From Chthoniobacteraceae bacterium (lineage in GTDB: Bacteria > Verrucomicrobiota > Verrucomicrobiia > Chthoniobacterales > Chthoniobacteraceae): DNA of 64,000 nt. A program made the position numbers and the translations under genes. A model generated the notes under the pieces. That model did not search any database. It was not told the origin of the DNA and worked only from the letters and a program-made list of their open reading frames with translations. This document shows, piece by piece, positions 45,337-55,446 of the stretch. The stretch spans positions 1 through 64,000 of the forward strand of contig JBEBGD010000007.1 of assembly GCA_040081625.1 (NCBI GenBank), given 5' to 3'. Every line of letters starts with the position of its first letter. Positions within the stretch are counted from its first letter, which is position 1.

Positions 45337-48234
45337 ATGAACCGCGCCCTCCATCTTCCCCGCATCGAACCCCTCGAGGCGCGCATCGCCCCCGCGACCT
45401 TCACTTTCAATGACACCGACGGCGCCGCGGTGATCGTGACCACGAACAAGGGCAGCGACGCCGACCTCGCGCAGGTCGTCAAGCTGGCAGCGGAAGGCGT
45501 GGGCTTCGAACTGCAGGAAATCCGGCTGAGCGAACTCGCGTCCGTTTTCCAAGGCACGAACCTCACGGTGCTCAAGGGCACGGCGGATGACGCGCCGGTG
45601 GCGAATGTCGGCTACCTCAATGCGACTGGCGTGAGCATCGGCACCGTGCTGATCGACGGCGACCTCGCGCAGATCGACGCGGGCACGACGACCACCGGCA
45701 CGATCAACAGCCAGGCCGTGCAAATCGGCTCGGGCACCGCGGTGAAAAAGCTCACGGTCGGCACGTTCGGCGCGCAGGGGCTCGCGACGCAAGACGCCGG
45801 CACCGCGAGCCTCGACAGCCTCATCATCGGCAAGCTCGGTTCGCTCACCGTCGCTGGCGATTTCAAGGATGCCGCGCTCACCGTCTATGGCGCCTTCCCA
45901 GACACCGATCCGATGGTCAGCGACCGCTTCGATTCCCGCGGGCGGATCGGCGACATCTTCATCGGCGGCGATCTCATCGGCGGCAGCACGGCGCGCGCGG
46001 GGTCCATCTACGCGAGAGGCATCATCGGCGACCTGAAAGTCGTCGGCAGCATTCTCGGCGGCGTCGGCGACGACAGCGGCTCCGTCATCAGCGAACGCGA
46101 CCTGGGCAAGGTCGATATCGGCGGCGATCTCAAGGGCGGCATCCTCTCCGGGCCGGGCACGGCAGACCGCGCCGGGCGCGTCTTCTCCGGCGGCGTCATG
46201 GGTTCGGTGAAGATCACCGGCAAGCTCATCGGCGGCGATGGCATCGAGAGCGGCAACGTCTCCAGCGCCACCCGACTCGGCGCGCTCACCATCGGCGGCA
46301 TCGTCGGCGGCGCGGGGGCGAAGTCCGGCGCGGTCGGCACCGGCGGCAATATCGGCAAGATCGCGGTCCTCGGCGACATCATGGGCGGCATGGGCGACTT
46401 CTCCGCGCTGATCGCCGCCAGCGGCGGCATCTCGAGCGCGCGCGTCGAGGGCAACCTCATCGGCAACGACGGCTTTCAGAGCGGCGCGATCGGCAGCTTC
46501 AAGCCCTTCGGCGCCATCACCATCACCGGCAATATCATGGGCGGCGTGGGCCAGCTCTCAGGCGTCATCATCAGCGCCACCACCATCAAGAGCGTCTCCG
46601 TGCTCGGCAGCGTCATCGGCGGCGGCGGCGAAGAGAGCGGCGCTATCGGCTGCGGCGGCGTGCTCGGGCCGGTGAGCATCGGCGTGGACATCATGGGCGG
46701 CGCAGGCTTGCGCAGCGGCGCCGTCGTCGGCGGCACGAACGCCACGAAGGTCACCGTCACCGGCTCGGTCATCGGCGGCGGCGGCGATCAATCCGGCACG
46801 GTCTTCAGCAACGGCGACCTCGGCATCATCACCATCGGCGGAAATGTCGATGGCGGCCCGATCAGCGCCATGACCCCCGGCGACGACGCGGGCTCGATCA
46901 ACGCCGCGGGCTCGATCAAGCGCGTGACGATCGCCGGCAGCCTCATCGGCTCCGACGGCGAGAGCAGCGGCACCGTGCAGAGCACGCTCGACCTCGGCAC
47001 CGTCAGCGTCGGCACCGATCTCATGGGCGGCACCGGCGTCTTCTCCGGCTCGATCATCAGCGGCGGAAAAATCGCGCGCGTGACGGTGACCGGCAGCGTG
47101 CTCGGCGGGCGGGGCGACAACAGCGCGAGCATCGAGAGCGACGGCGACGGCGAAGCCGGCGACATGGGAACGATCGTCATCGGCGCGCAACTTCGCGGCG
47201 GCGATGGCGACGGCTCAGGCGCGGTCTTCAGCTCCGGCGCACTAGCGAAACTAACCGTCGGCAGCATCCTGGGCGGGCTCGGCATCGGCTCCGGCGCAGT
47301 CAGCAGCGATTCCGACATGGGCGCCGTGCTCGTGAACGGCGACGTGCAGGGCGGCACCGGCGACGAAGCCGGAAAAATCTTCACCGCAGGCAAACTCAGG
47401 AGCCTCACCATCACCGGCTCCCTGCTCGGCGACGACGGTCGCTTCGACACCACGATCGCGGCGAACGCCTCGCTCGGCCAGATCTACAGCGCCGACGCGA
47501 TGGGCGCCGTGAAGATCGCCGGCGGCGTCATCGGCGGCGGCGGCGCATTCTCCGCGCAGATCCGCGGCGCATCGATCACGAGCGTCGCCATCGGCGGCGA
47601 CCTCACCGGCACCGGCCCCGCGACGGCGTCGATCGTCGCCGAGGAAAGCAACCTCGGCGCCGTCAGCATCGGCGGCACCTTCACGCCCGCACTCGGCTCG
47701 CAGATCAGCGCGCAGGGCAAGCTCGCGTCGGTGCTCGTCGGCGACCTCGCCGGCTCGGTCAACACGCGCGGCGCCATCACCGCCGGCACCAGCATCGGCA
47801 AAATCACGATCGCCGGTTCGGTCGGGTTCTTCGACATCCTCGCCGGATACGACGTGGACTTCGCTCCGCTCCCCGGCACGGCGACGATCGGCCGCGTCAT
47901 CATCGGGACGACCGGCGCGGGCAACTGGCAGGCCACCAATCTCGTCGCCGGCGCCATCCCCGGCGGGGACGGTTTATTCGGCACTGGCGACGACGCCCTC
48001 ATCGGAACGGAGAATGCCTCAGCCGGATCGGGGATCGACTCCGTCATCATCAATGGCACGGTCAGTTCGTCGCCAGTGGTCGCCCACTTCGGGATCGTCT
48101 CCGCGAGGATCAGCTCCGTGAAGGTCGGCACCACCACGATCGCGCTCACCGGCGGCGGGGATGTCATCGACATCAACGGCGGCGGCGGCCTTCCGACCGA
48201 TCTCACCGTCCGGGAAATCGTCCCGCCCACGTAG
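45337..48234 (+). CDS. Gly-rich repetitive extracellular protein (probable beta-solenoid)
   Basis: N-terminal IEPLEARIAPA; many ~27-28 aa repeats of the form IGxVxIxGxIxGGxGxxSGxIxS. Confidence 0.8.
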   Translation: MNRALHLPRIEPLEARIAPATFTFNDTDGAAVIVTTNKGSDADLAQVVKLAAEGVGFELQEIRLSELASVFQGTNLTVLKGTADDAPVANVGYLNATGVSIGTVLIDGDLAQIDAGTTTTGTINSQAVQIGSGTAVKKLTVGTFGAQGLATQDAGTASLDSLIIGKLGSLTVAGDFKDAALTVYGAFPDTDPMVSDRFDSRGRIGDIFIGGDLIGGSTARAGSIYARGIIGDLKVVGSILGGVGDDSGSVISERDLGKVDIGGDLKGGILSGPGTADRAGRVFSGGVMGSVKITGKLIGGDGIESGNVSSATRLGALTIGGIVGGAGAKSGAVGTGGNIGKIAVLGDIMGGMGDFSALIAASGGISSARVEGNLIGNDGFQSGAIGSFKPFGAITITGNIMGGVGQLSGVIISATTIKSVSVLGSVIGGGGEESGAIGCGGVLGPVSIGVDIMGGAGLRSGAVVGGTNATKVTVTGSVIGGGGDQSGTVFSNGDLGIITIGGNVDGGPISAMTPGDDAGSINAAGSIKRVTIAGSLIGSDGESSGTVQSTLDLGTVSVGTDLMGGTGVFSGSIISGGKIARVTVTGSVLGGRGDNSASIESDGDGEAGDMGTIVIGAQLRGGDGDGSGAVFSSGALAKLTVGSILGGLGIGSGAVSSDSDMGAVLVNGDVQGGTGDEAGKIFTAGKLRSLTITGSLLGDDGRFDTTIAANASLGQIYSADAMGAVKIAGGVIGGGGAFSAQIRGASITSVAIGGDLTGTGPATASIVAEESNLGAVSIGGTFTPALGSQISAQGKLASVLVGDLAGSVNTRGAITAGTSIGKITIAGSVGFFDILAGYDVDFAPLPGTATIGRVIIGTTGAGNWQATNLVAGAIPGGDGLFGTGDDALIGTENASAGSGIDSVIINGTVSSSPVVAHFGIVSARISSVKVGTTTIALTGGGDVIDINGGGGLPTDLTVREIVPPT

Positions 48235-48283
48235 GTCTGAGCAGCTAAGATCGCCCACGGCCGTAAGCTTTACCGCACTGCCG

Positions 48284-51157
48284 ATGCGCCCCCACTTCCT
48301 TCTCGTCCTCGCGGCGATCCGCCTCAGCGCGGCCACGCCACCGCCGGAATCGCAGCCGCTTTCACCGCTCGACGCGATGAAGAAGCTCCAGATCCGCGCC
48401 GGCTACGGCGTCGAGCTCGTCGCCGCAGAGCCGCTCACGATCGATCCCGTCGCGATCGACTGGGATACAGCCGGAAGGCTGTGGGTCGTCGAGATGGCCG
48501 ACTACCCGCTCGGCATGGACGGCAACGGCAAAGCCGGCGGACGCGTGCGCGTGCTCGACGACACCGACGGCGACGGACGCTACGACAAGTCCACGCTCTT
48601 CGCCGATGGCCTCAACTTCCCCAACGGCGTGCTCGCATGGCGCGACGGCGTCATCATCACCGCCGCGCCCGACATCCTTTTCCTCCGCGACACCGATGGT
48701 GACGGACGCGCCGATCAGCGCGAAGTGCTCGTGACCGGCCTGCTTGAGGGCAACCAGCAGCTCCGCGCCAACGGCCTGCGCTGGGGACTCGACAACTGGG
48801 TCTATTGCGCCGCCGGCGGCCACCACGGCAACTACGGCGCGGACACCAGGCTGCGCTCGAATCGCGCCGGCATCGATGTCGCCGTCGGCAGCCGCGATTT
48901 TCGTTTTCGTCCCGACACCGGGGCGCTCGAACCCGAGAGTGGCCCGTCGCAATTCGGGCGCAATCGCGACGACTGGGGCCATTGGTTCGGCACGCAAAAC
49001 TCGCGGCCGCTCTGGCACTACGTGCTCGCGGATCGCTACCTGCGCCGCAATCCGCACGTGCCCGCGCCGGACCCGACGCGACAGGTCGTCGTGCCGCTGA
49101 ATCCGAAAGTCTGGCCCGCGAGCCCGCCGGAAAAACGCTTTCACAGCTTCAACCAGTCCGGCCATTTCACCTCCGCGTGCGCCGGCATGATCTATCGCGA
49201 CGAACTGCTCTTCCCGCGGGGCGAGCGGCACGCGTTCACGTGCGAGCCCTTCCACAATCTCGTGCAGCACAATGTCGTGACCGACGACGCAACGAGCTTC
49301 GCCGCGCACCGCGCGCCCGGCGAGGAGACAAGCGAATTCTTCTCGAGCGAAGACCGCTGGTGCCGCCCCGTGATGACGCGCACCGGTCCCGACGGCGCGC
49401 TGTGGGTCGTGGACATGTATCGCTACATGATCGAGCACCCGCAGTTCCTCACCGACGCGGGCAAAGCCGAACTGCTCCCGCACTACCGGCTCGGCGACGA
49501 CAAGGGCCGCATCTACCGCCTCTTCCCCGTCGGCGCGAAGCTGCGCACGCCGCCGCGCCTCGCCGACATGGACACCGCCACGCTCGTCCATGCGCTCGAC
49601 TCGCCAAACGAATGGCAGCGCGACAAGGCGCACCAGCTCCTGCTCTGGCGCGCCGACAAAGCCGCGCGCGATCCGCTCGCCACACTCGCGCGCGAAAGCG
49701 CGAACCCACTCGCGCGGCTGCACGCGCTCTGCGTGCTCGATGGTCTCGATGCGCTCGCTCCAGAACTCGTCGTCCACGCACTCGCCGATCCGCATCCCGG
49801 CGTGCGCGAGAACGCGCTGCGCCTCGCCGAGAATCGCGGCACGCCCGAGGTGATCGCCGCGTCGGTGAAGCTCGTCGATGACGCCGACGCGAAGGTGCGG
49901 CTGCGACTCGCCTGCACGCTCGGCGAATGGAAGGACGCGAGCGCAGGCGAAGCGCTCGCGCGACTTGCGCTCAAGGATCGCGCAGACTCATTCACGCTCG
50001 CGGCGGTGATGAGTTCCGCAGTGCCGCACGCACGCGCCCTCTCGAACGCGGGGATCGACGCGCTCTCGGACCCGCTCATCCGCCTCGCGCTCGGGCTCGA
50101 CGACCGCGACTCCCTCGCCACGCTGCTCGCGCCCATCGTCACATCGGTGGACAGCCGCTTCACGGTCGCGCAGATGGAGGGGTTCGGGCGTTTTCTCGAG
50201 ATGACCAACGGCACTGACAGAGCCGGCTTCGGCACAGCGATCCTGGCCTTCGCGCGCACGCTGCTCGGCGACGAGGCGCAGCCGACAGCCCAGCGTGCCG
50301 CCGCCGCCGGCCTGCTCGCGCGCGATCCCACGAAGCGCGCCGACTTGCTCAAGGTGCTGCCCCGCTGGCTCGCCCCCTCACAGCCCGGCGACCTCCAGCG
50401 CGCCGCGGTGCGCGCGCTGGGCGCGACCGGCGACTCTTCGGTGCCCGCGACGTTGCTCGAAGGCTGGCCGGCCTTCACTCCCGGGACGCGCGCCGTCGCG
50501 ATCGACGTGCTGCTCGCACGCGAACCGTGGGCCTTCGCGCTGCTCGACAGCGGGAATGCGCCCGCGCTCGACGGGACGCAGCGTGGACGTTTGCAGAAGC
50601 ACAGCTCGCCGCGGGTCCGCACGCTCGCCGGTAAGATCTTCAAGGCCGCCGGCACGCGCGCGGCGGTCGTCGCAAAGTTTCAGCCCGCGCTGAAACTCGC
50701 CGGCGACGGCGCGCGTGGACGTGAGGTTTTCACGAAGCTGTGCGTCGCCTGCCACAAGCTCGGCGACGCCGGCAACGAAGTCGGGCCGAACCTGGCGTCA
50801 GTCGTCGAGCATCCGCCGGAGAAGCTGCTGCTCAACATCCTCGACCCGAACGCCGACGTGCAGCCGGGCTTTTACGCCTACTTCTGCCAGCTCGCAGACA
50901 GCACGGAACTCTACGGCCTCATGGCATCGGAGACCGGCACGAGCATCACCTTCAAGCTCGCCGACGGCACGCAGCGGCCGGTGCTGCGCAAGGACATCAA
51001 GTCGCTCCGCAGCGCGAATGCGTCGCTCATGCCCGAGGGCCTCGAAGCCGCGATGACGCCGCAGGATCTCGCGGACCTCATCGGCTTTTTGCGCACGGGC
51101 GGGAAGGGAAAGAAGTCCGGGATGCGCGAGCTTGCACCGGCGAAAGCAGCCCGGTAG
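48284..51157 (+). CDS. PVC-type heme-binding CxxCH protein (propeller, HEAT repeats, cytochrome c)
   Basis: VELVAAEP..DPVAIDWD..WVVEMADYP, DTDGDGR, GPDGALWVVDMYR, CVACH, ILDPN, SLMPEGL. Confidence 0.92.
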   Translation: MRPHFLLVLAAIRLSAATPPPESQPLSPLDAMKKLQIRAGYGVELVAAEPLTIDPVAIDWDTAGRLWVVEMADYPLGMDGNGKAGGRVRVLDDTDGDGRYDKSTLFADGLNFPNGVLAWRDGVIITAAPDILFLRDTDGDGRADQREVLVTGLLEGNQQLRANGLRWGLDNWVYCAAGGHHGNYGADTRLRSNRAGIDVAVGSRDFRFRPDTGALEPESGPSQFGRNRDDWGHWFGTQNSRPLWHYVLADRYLRRNPHVPAPDPTRQVVVPLNPKVWPASPPEKRFHSFNQSGHFTSACAGMIYRDELLFPRGERHAFTCEPFHNLVQHNVVTDDATSFAAHRAPGEETSEFFSSEDRWCRPVMTRTGPDGALWVVDMYRYMIEHPQFLTDAGKAELLPHYRLGDDKGRIYRLFPVGAKLRTPPRLADMDTATLVHALDSPNEWQRDKAHQLLLWRADKAARDPLATLARESANPLARLHALCVLDGLDALAPELVVHALADPHPGVRENALRLAENRGTPEVIAASVKLVDDADAKVRLRLACTLGEWKDASAGEALARLALKDRADSFTLAAVMSSAVPHARALSNAGIDALSDPLIRLALGLDDRDSLATLLAPIVTSVDSRFTVAQMEGFGRFLEMTNGTDRAGFGTAILAFARTLLGDEAQPTAQRAAAAGLLARDPTKRADLLKVLPRWLAPSQPGDLQRAAVRALGATGDSSVPATLLEGWPAFTPGTRAVAIDVLLAREPWAFALLDSGNAPALDGTQRGRLQKHSSPRVRTLAGKIFKAAGTRAAVVAKFQPALKLAGDGARGREVFTKLCVACHKLGDAGNEVGPNLASVVEHPPEKLLLNILDPNADVQPGFYAYFCQLADSTELYGLMASETGTSITFKLADGTQRPVLRKDIKSLRSANASLMPEGLEAAMTPQDLADLIGFLRTGGKGKKSGMRELAPAKAAR

Positions 51158-51175
51158 CCTGCGCCTCTTCGCGCC

Positions 51176-52951
51176 ATGAGCCAGACCAAAGCCGCACCTT
51201 CCCGCAAAGCCCGTATCTCCGATCCGCACTCGCTGCACCGCAAGTGGAGCGCGGAAGTCGTCGATGGTTACGAACGCGCCGCGTCGCGCGCGATGCTGCA
51301 CGCGGTGGGTTTCACGCGCGACGATTTCCGCAAGTCGCAGGTCGGCATCGCGAGCACGTGGGCGCAGGTGACGCCGTGCAACATCCACATCGACCAGCTC
51401 GCGCGGCAGGCGGAAGCCGGCGTGAGCGCGGCGGGCGGGAAGTCGCTCATCTTCAACACGATCACAATCTCCGACGGCATCTCGATGGGCACCGAGGGGA
51501 TGAAATACTCGCTCGTCTCGCGCGAAGTGATCGCCGACTCGATCGAGACGGTCGTCGCATGCGAAGGCTTTGACGGGATCGTGGCGATCGGCGGGTGCGA
51601 CAAGAACATGCCGGGCTGCCTGATCGCGATGGCGCGCCTGAACCGGCCGGGAATCTTCGTTTATGGCGGCACGATTTTGCCCGGCTGCATCACCGGCGAA
51701 CTCGCGGCGCGCCGGCTGCGCAAGGATCAGGCCGAGCGGATCGCGGACAAGAAACTCGACGTGGTGAGCTGCTTTGAAGCCGTGGGTAAACACGCGGCGG
51801 GCGACCTGGATGATCGCGAGCTGGCACTGATCGAGGAGCAGGCGATCCCCGGCGCGGGTTCATGCGGCGGCATGTATACGGCGAACACGATGGCCTCGGC
51901 GATCGAGGCGCTGGGCATGAGCTTGCCGAACTCAAGCGCGCAGAACGCGGTCTCAAGGGAAAAGGCGATGGATGCGCGCATGGCGGGCCTTCAGTGCTAC
52001 GAGCTGATCAAGCGCGGCATCCGCCCGCTCGACATCATGACGAAGGAGGCGTTCGAGAATGCGATCACGCTCACCATCGCGCTCGGCGGCTCGACCAATG
52101 CAGTGCTGCATCTCATCGCGATGGCGCACGCGGCGGGCGTCGCGCTCGGCATCGACGACTTCACGCGCGTCGGCAAGCGCGTGCCCGTGCTCGCGGATCT
52201 CAAGCCGAGCGGACGTTTTCTCATGAGCGAACTCATCGGGATCGGCGGCCAGGCGCCGCTGATGAAAATGCTGCTCGACGAAAAACTGCTGCACGGCAAG
52301 TGCATGACCGTGACCGGGAAAACGCTCGCCGAGAATCTCAAGAAGGTGAAGGCGTATCCGAAGGGCCAGGAGATCGTGCGGTCGTTTTCCAACCCGATCA
52401 AAAAGGACAGCCATCTCGTGATCCTCCGCGGAAATCTCGCGCCCGACGGCGCGGTGGCGAAGATCAGCGGCAAGGAGGGGCTGCAGTTTTCAGGGAAGGC
52501 GATCGTGTTTGAAAACGAGCAGGACGCGCTCGCCGCGATCCTCGACGGCCGCGTGAAGCACGGTCACGTGATCGTGATCCGTCACGAGGGACCGGTGGGC
52601 GGGCCCGGCATGCGCGAGATGCTTTCACCCACGAGCGCGGTGATGGGCCGCGGGCTGGGCAAGGACGTGGCGTTGATCACCGACGGGCGATTCTCCGGCG
52701 GATCGCACGGCTTCGTGGTCGGCCACATCACTCCCGAGGCCGCGCTCGGCGGGCCGCTCGCGATCGTGAAGAACGGCGATCCGCTCACCATCGACGCGGA
52801 CAAACGCGTGCTCACACTCGACGTGCCGAAGAGCGAGATCGATGCGCGACTCGCGAAATGGAAGGCGCCTGCGCCGCGTTACACCCGTGGCGTGCTCGCG
52901 AAGTATGCGCGCGTCGTGAAGAGCGCGAGCCTCGGCGCGGTCACGGACTGA
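51176..52951 (+). CDS. ilvD: Dihydroxy-acid dehydratase
   Basis: TPCN, SDGISMG, GGCDKNMPG, GSCGGMYTANTM, GGSTNAVLH, GGPGMREM, ITDGRFSGG. Confidence 0.97.
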   Translation: MSQTKAAPSRKARISDPHSLHRKWSAEVVDGYERAASRAMLHAVGFTRDDFRKSQVGIASTWAQVTPCNIHIDQLARQAEAGVSAAGGKSLIFNTITISDGISMGTEGMKYSLVSREVIADSIETVVACEGFDGIVAIGGCDKNMPGCLIAMARLNRPGIFVYGGTILPGCITGELAARRLRKDQAERIADKKLDVVSCFEAVGKHAAGDLDDRELALIEEQAIPGAGSCGGMYTANTMASAIEALGMSLPNSSAQNAVSREKAMDARMAGLQCYELIKRGIRPLDIMTKEAFENAITLTIALGGSTNAVLHLIAMAHAAGVALGIDDFTRVGKRVPVLADLKPSGRFLMSELIGIGGQAPLMKMLLDEKLLHGKCMTVTGKTLAENLKKVKAYPKGQEIVRSFSNPIKKDSHLVILRGNLAPDGAVAKISGKEGLQFSGKAIVFENEQDALAAILDGRVKHGHVIVIRHEGPVGGPGMREMLSPTSAVMGRGLGKDVALITDGRFSGGSHGFVVGHITPEAALGGPLAIVKNGDPLTIDADKRVLTLDVPKSEIDARLAKWKAPAPRYTRGVLAKYARVVKSASLGAVTD

Positions 52952-52977
52952 GACCAGTTCGCGTCCAGGATGAGATT

Positions 52978-53149
52978 GACCGCGGAGCGGTCGCCGACGG
53001 TAGTCGTGGACGTTAGTCCACGGTGGGTTCGGGACGAAGCGCGCGTCGCGTAGCGACGGCTGATACAAGCGTCGCTACGCGACGAAGAGCCACTCCAACC
53101 CCGATCCGTGGACTGAAATCCACGGATACTTCATTGACCTCCCGCGGTC
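52978..53149. repeat. Nested-palindrome intergenic element (REP/REPIN-like), copy 2
   Basis: GACCGCGGAGCGGTC / CGTGGACgttaGTCCACG / CGTCGCGTAGCGACG (53044-53058) mirrored by CGTCGCTACGCGACG (53070-53084) / CCGTGGActgaaaTCCACGG / CCGCGGTC. Confidence 0.8.
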
Positions 53150-53201
53150 GCCGACGCGCCGAACATTGCGCTCGTTGTGAACGCGGTGACGGACTGATCG
53201 C

Positions 53202-53753
53202 TCAGACCGTCGTATCGTCGATCCACTTCACGAGGCTCGTCTCGATGACGAACCAGCACGCGCGTGCGGTGCGGCGGGACTCGGGGGTCGGACATTCCGC
53301 GCCGACCAGCCACTCGCGCAGAAGCGGCAGGGCTTTTTCCTTGATGATGCCCTGGATGAATTCGCGCGACTCCGCGGGCGTCGGCAGCACCTCGAGCGCC
53401 CAACGTTCGCCGCCTTGCGGCAGCCGCGTGATCGTGCCGGGCCTCGGCTCATAGACGGGATAGTTCGTGTAGGTGATGCGCAGCATCGGGAAGCCTTTGA
53501 TCGGCCGCGGCATCGTGAAGATCGGCGAGCGATTCGAGTAGCGCAGCGTGAAGCGCTCGAACTGTGCGATCCCCATGAGTCCTTCGCCGATGGCCGACGC
53601 GCCGATGGGGTAGCTGAACCCGGGAGGATGCGGACTTTTTCCAAGCACCGGGATGCGTGGGATGAAGACCGGCTGGATCGGCGCCTCGAGATCCGGGGAA
53701 GCGGTTGCAGGGAGCTGTTCAGGAATCGGTTGGTCCGTCAGTTCGTCGTTCAC
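53202..53753 (-). CDS. Hypothetical protein
   Basis: 183-aa ORF filling the gap with plausible composition; no motif recognised. Confidence 0.6.
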   Translation of the reverse strand: MNDELTDQPIPEQLPATASPDLEAPIQPVFIPRIPVLGKSPHPPGFSYPIGASAIGEGLMGIAQFERFTLRYSNRSPIFTMPRPIKGFPMLRITYTNYPVYEPRPGTITRLPQGGERWALEVLPTPAESREFIQGIIKEKALPLLREWLVGAECPTPESRRTARACWFVIETSLVKWIDDTTV

Positions 53754-53859
53754 GGGGTGGCGTGGGTTCGGTTATCATTGAGCCTGCGGGAGCGGGCAGC
53801 AGTTGGCACTCGGAATTTGATACCCGGTGTTTCTCCTGAAAGGCAATAGGTAAATTTCC

Positions 53860-55446
53860 CTACTTTCCGGGCTCCTTTGACAACTCCGAAGGAGCCCGGC
53901 GCGGTGCGCCATCTTCCGTGTTGAGCTGAACCGGCGCGGCGGGCGGTGTGGCTTTCACCTCAACGCGATGCAGCAGCCGGTAGCTGTTAAATTTCTCGGG
54001 CAGCAGCGGTGTGCTCGCGAGCAAATCGAAGGGCTCGAGCGCCGCGCGGTGTTTATCGAAATCGCCCTCGCTCAACACAAGCCAGTCGATGCGCTTGAAG
54101 CGCCACGCCGCGATGGCGTCGTCCATCCGCGTAAATCGCTGCGCGCCCGCGTAGAGCAGCATGCCCTCATCCTTGCCGCTCACCACGACGAGGCGGTCCC
54201 GTTTTTCCTGCACGGCGGCGCGAGTTGCCGCGCCGAAGGCCACCAGCGCGCGCGCGTCGTTGTCGAAGCTCCCGAACATTCTCAAGCCGGCATAGCCCGC
54301 CGCCAGCGGCACCGCGAGCAGCGGCGCGAGAATCGCGATGCGCCCGATGGGCTGGCCGCGCAGCTCGAACTTCGGAAGATGCCGAGCGGCCGCCGCGAGC
54401 AAGAGGCACATCGGCGGCACGACCGGCAGGATGCGGTCGAAACGCTTTGACGGCACACATTCCATGAACACAAGCCCGCCGAGCGTCCAGCACAGCAGCC
54501 ACGTCAGCGCCGCGTCGCTCCGGCACGCGACGCGCACTTGTTTGACCGTGAACATGGCGATGAGCAGGAGCGTCCACGGCAGCGTGCGCCCGAGCAGGCC
54601 AAGTGAGTAGGTGCCCGGCCAGCCGGTGTGATGCACCGCGCGTTCGCCGACCGTGAAGCGCCCGAAGAATTCCTTCACCACGACCTGATCGTAGAATCCC
54701 GGCACGTTCACGCAACCATGCCAGATCCATGCGCCGAAGATCGCGGCCGGAAGCAACCACGCGATCCAGCCCGCCCACACACGGCGATTGATCTCCCATT
54801 TTCGGGTGACGAGCAGGAAGGCGACAATACCCGGCAGCAGGAAGCCGTAGGCGATCGGCCCTTTCGTGAGCGTGGAGCCGAGCAGCAGCAGGCACGTCGC
54901 AGCGCGCTCGCGAAAAGTCCACGGCTCGCCGCTGCGCAGCTTGCGCACGATGATCAGCCCGGTGAAAAAGATGAACGCCGTGAGCAGCATGTCCGTGCGC
55001 ACGAGCGAGGCGAGGCGCGGCACGTAGGAGTTCAGCCCGAACGCGCCCGCGGCGAGCATCGCGCCGACGTTGTTGCCGTAGAGTTCATCGCCCGCGCGCC
55101 ACAATCCTCGCAGAATCAACAGCGCCGCCACGAACGCCGGCAGTCGCCACGCCACCTCCCAGCCGTGCCCGCCTGCGACGAGATACGCGAGCGCGGAGAG
55201 CCAACCCTGCAGCGGCGGCTTCGTAGCAGGACGCGGCCTGTCCGAGACCGCCGAGTCCGGCAACTCCTGCACGAGCCACTTCCCGTCCTCGATCATTTGA
55301 TACGACACGAACGCCTGCTTCGCCTGGTCGAGATCATCGAGATGCCATGGCAGATTCCGCACGGCGAAGAGCACGATGATGCTCGCGAGAACGAGCACAG
55401 CAAATCCGGGCAGGACGTCGTCCTTGGGTCGTTGGTGCGAGTTCAT
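53860..55446 (-). CDS. ArnT/GT39-like (GT-C) membrane glycosyltransferase
   Basis: Polytopic; TKPPLQGWL, RLPAF, RTDMLL, LTKGP, LPWT, SKRFDRILP; ATGA overlap with the lpxB stop. Confidence 0.85.
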   Translation of the reverse strand: MNSHQRPKDDVLPGFAVLVLASIIVLFAVRNLPWHLDDLDQAKQAFVSYQMIEDGKWLVQELPDSAVSDRPRPATKPPLQGWLSALAYLVAGGHGWEVAWRLPAFVAALLILRGLWRAGDELYGNNVGAMLAAGAFGLNSYVPRLASLVRTDMLLTAFIFFTGLIIVRKLRSGEPWTFRERAATCLLLLGSTLTKGPIAYGFLLPGIVAFLLVTRKWEINRRVWAGWIAWLLPAAIFGAWIWHGCVNVPGFYDQVVVKEFFGRFTVGERAVHHTGWPGTYSLGLLGRTLPWTLLLIAMFTVKQVRVACRSDAALTWLLCWTLGGLVFMECVPSKRFDRILPVVPPMCLLLAAAARHLPKFELRGQPIGRIAILAPLLAVPLAAGYAGLRMFGSFDNDARALVAFGAATRAAVQEKRDRLVVVSGKDEGMLLYAGAQRFTRMDDAIAAWRFKRIDWLVLSEGDFDKHRAALEPFDLLASTPLLPEKFNSYRLLHRVEVKATPPAAPVQLNTEDGAPRRAPSELSKEPGK

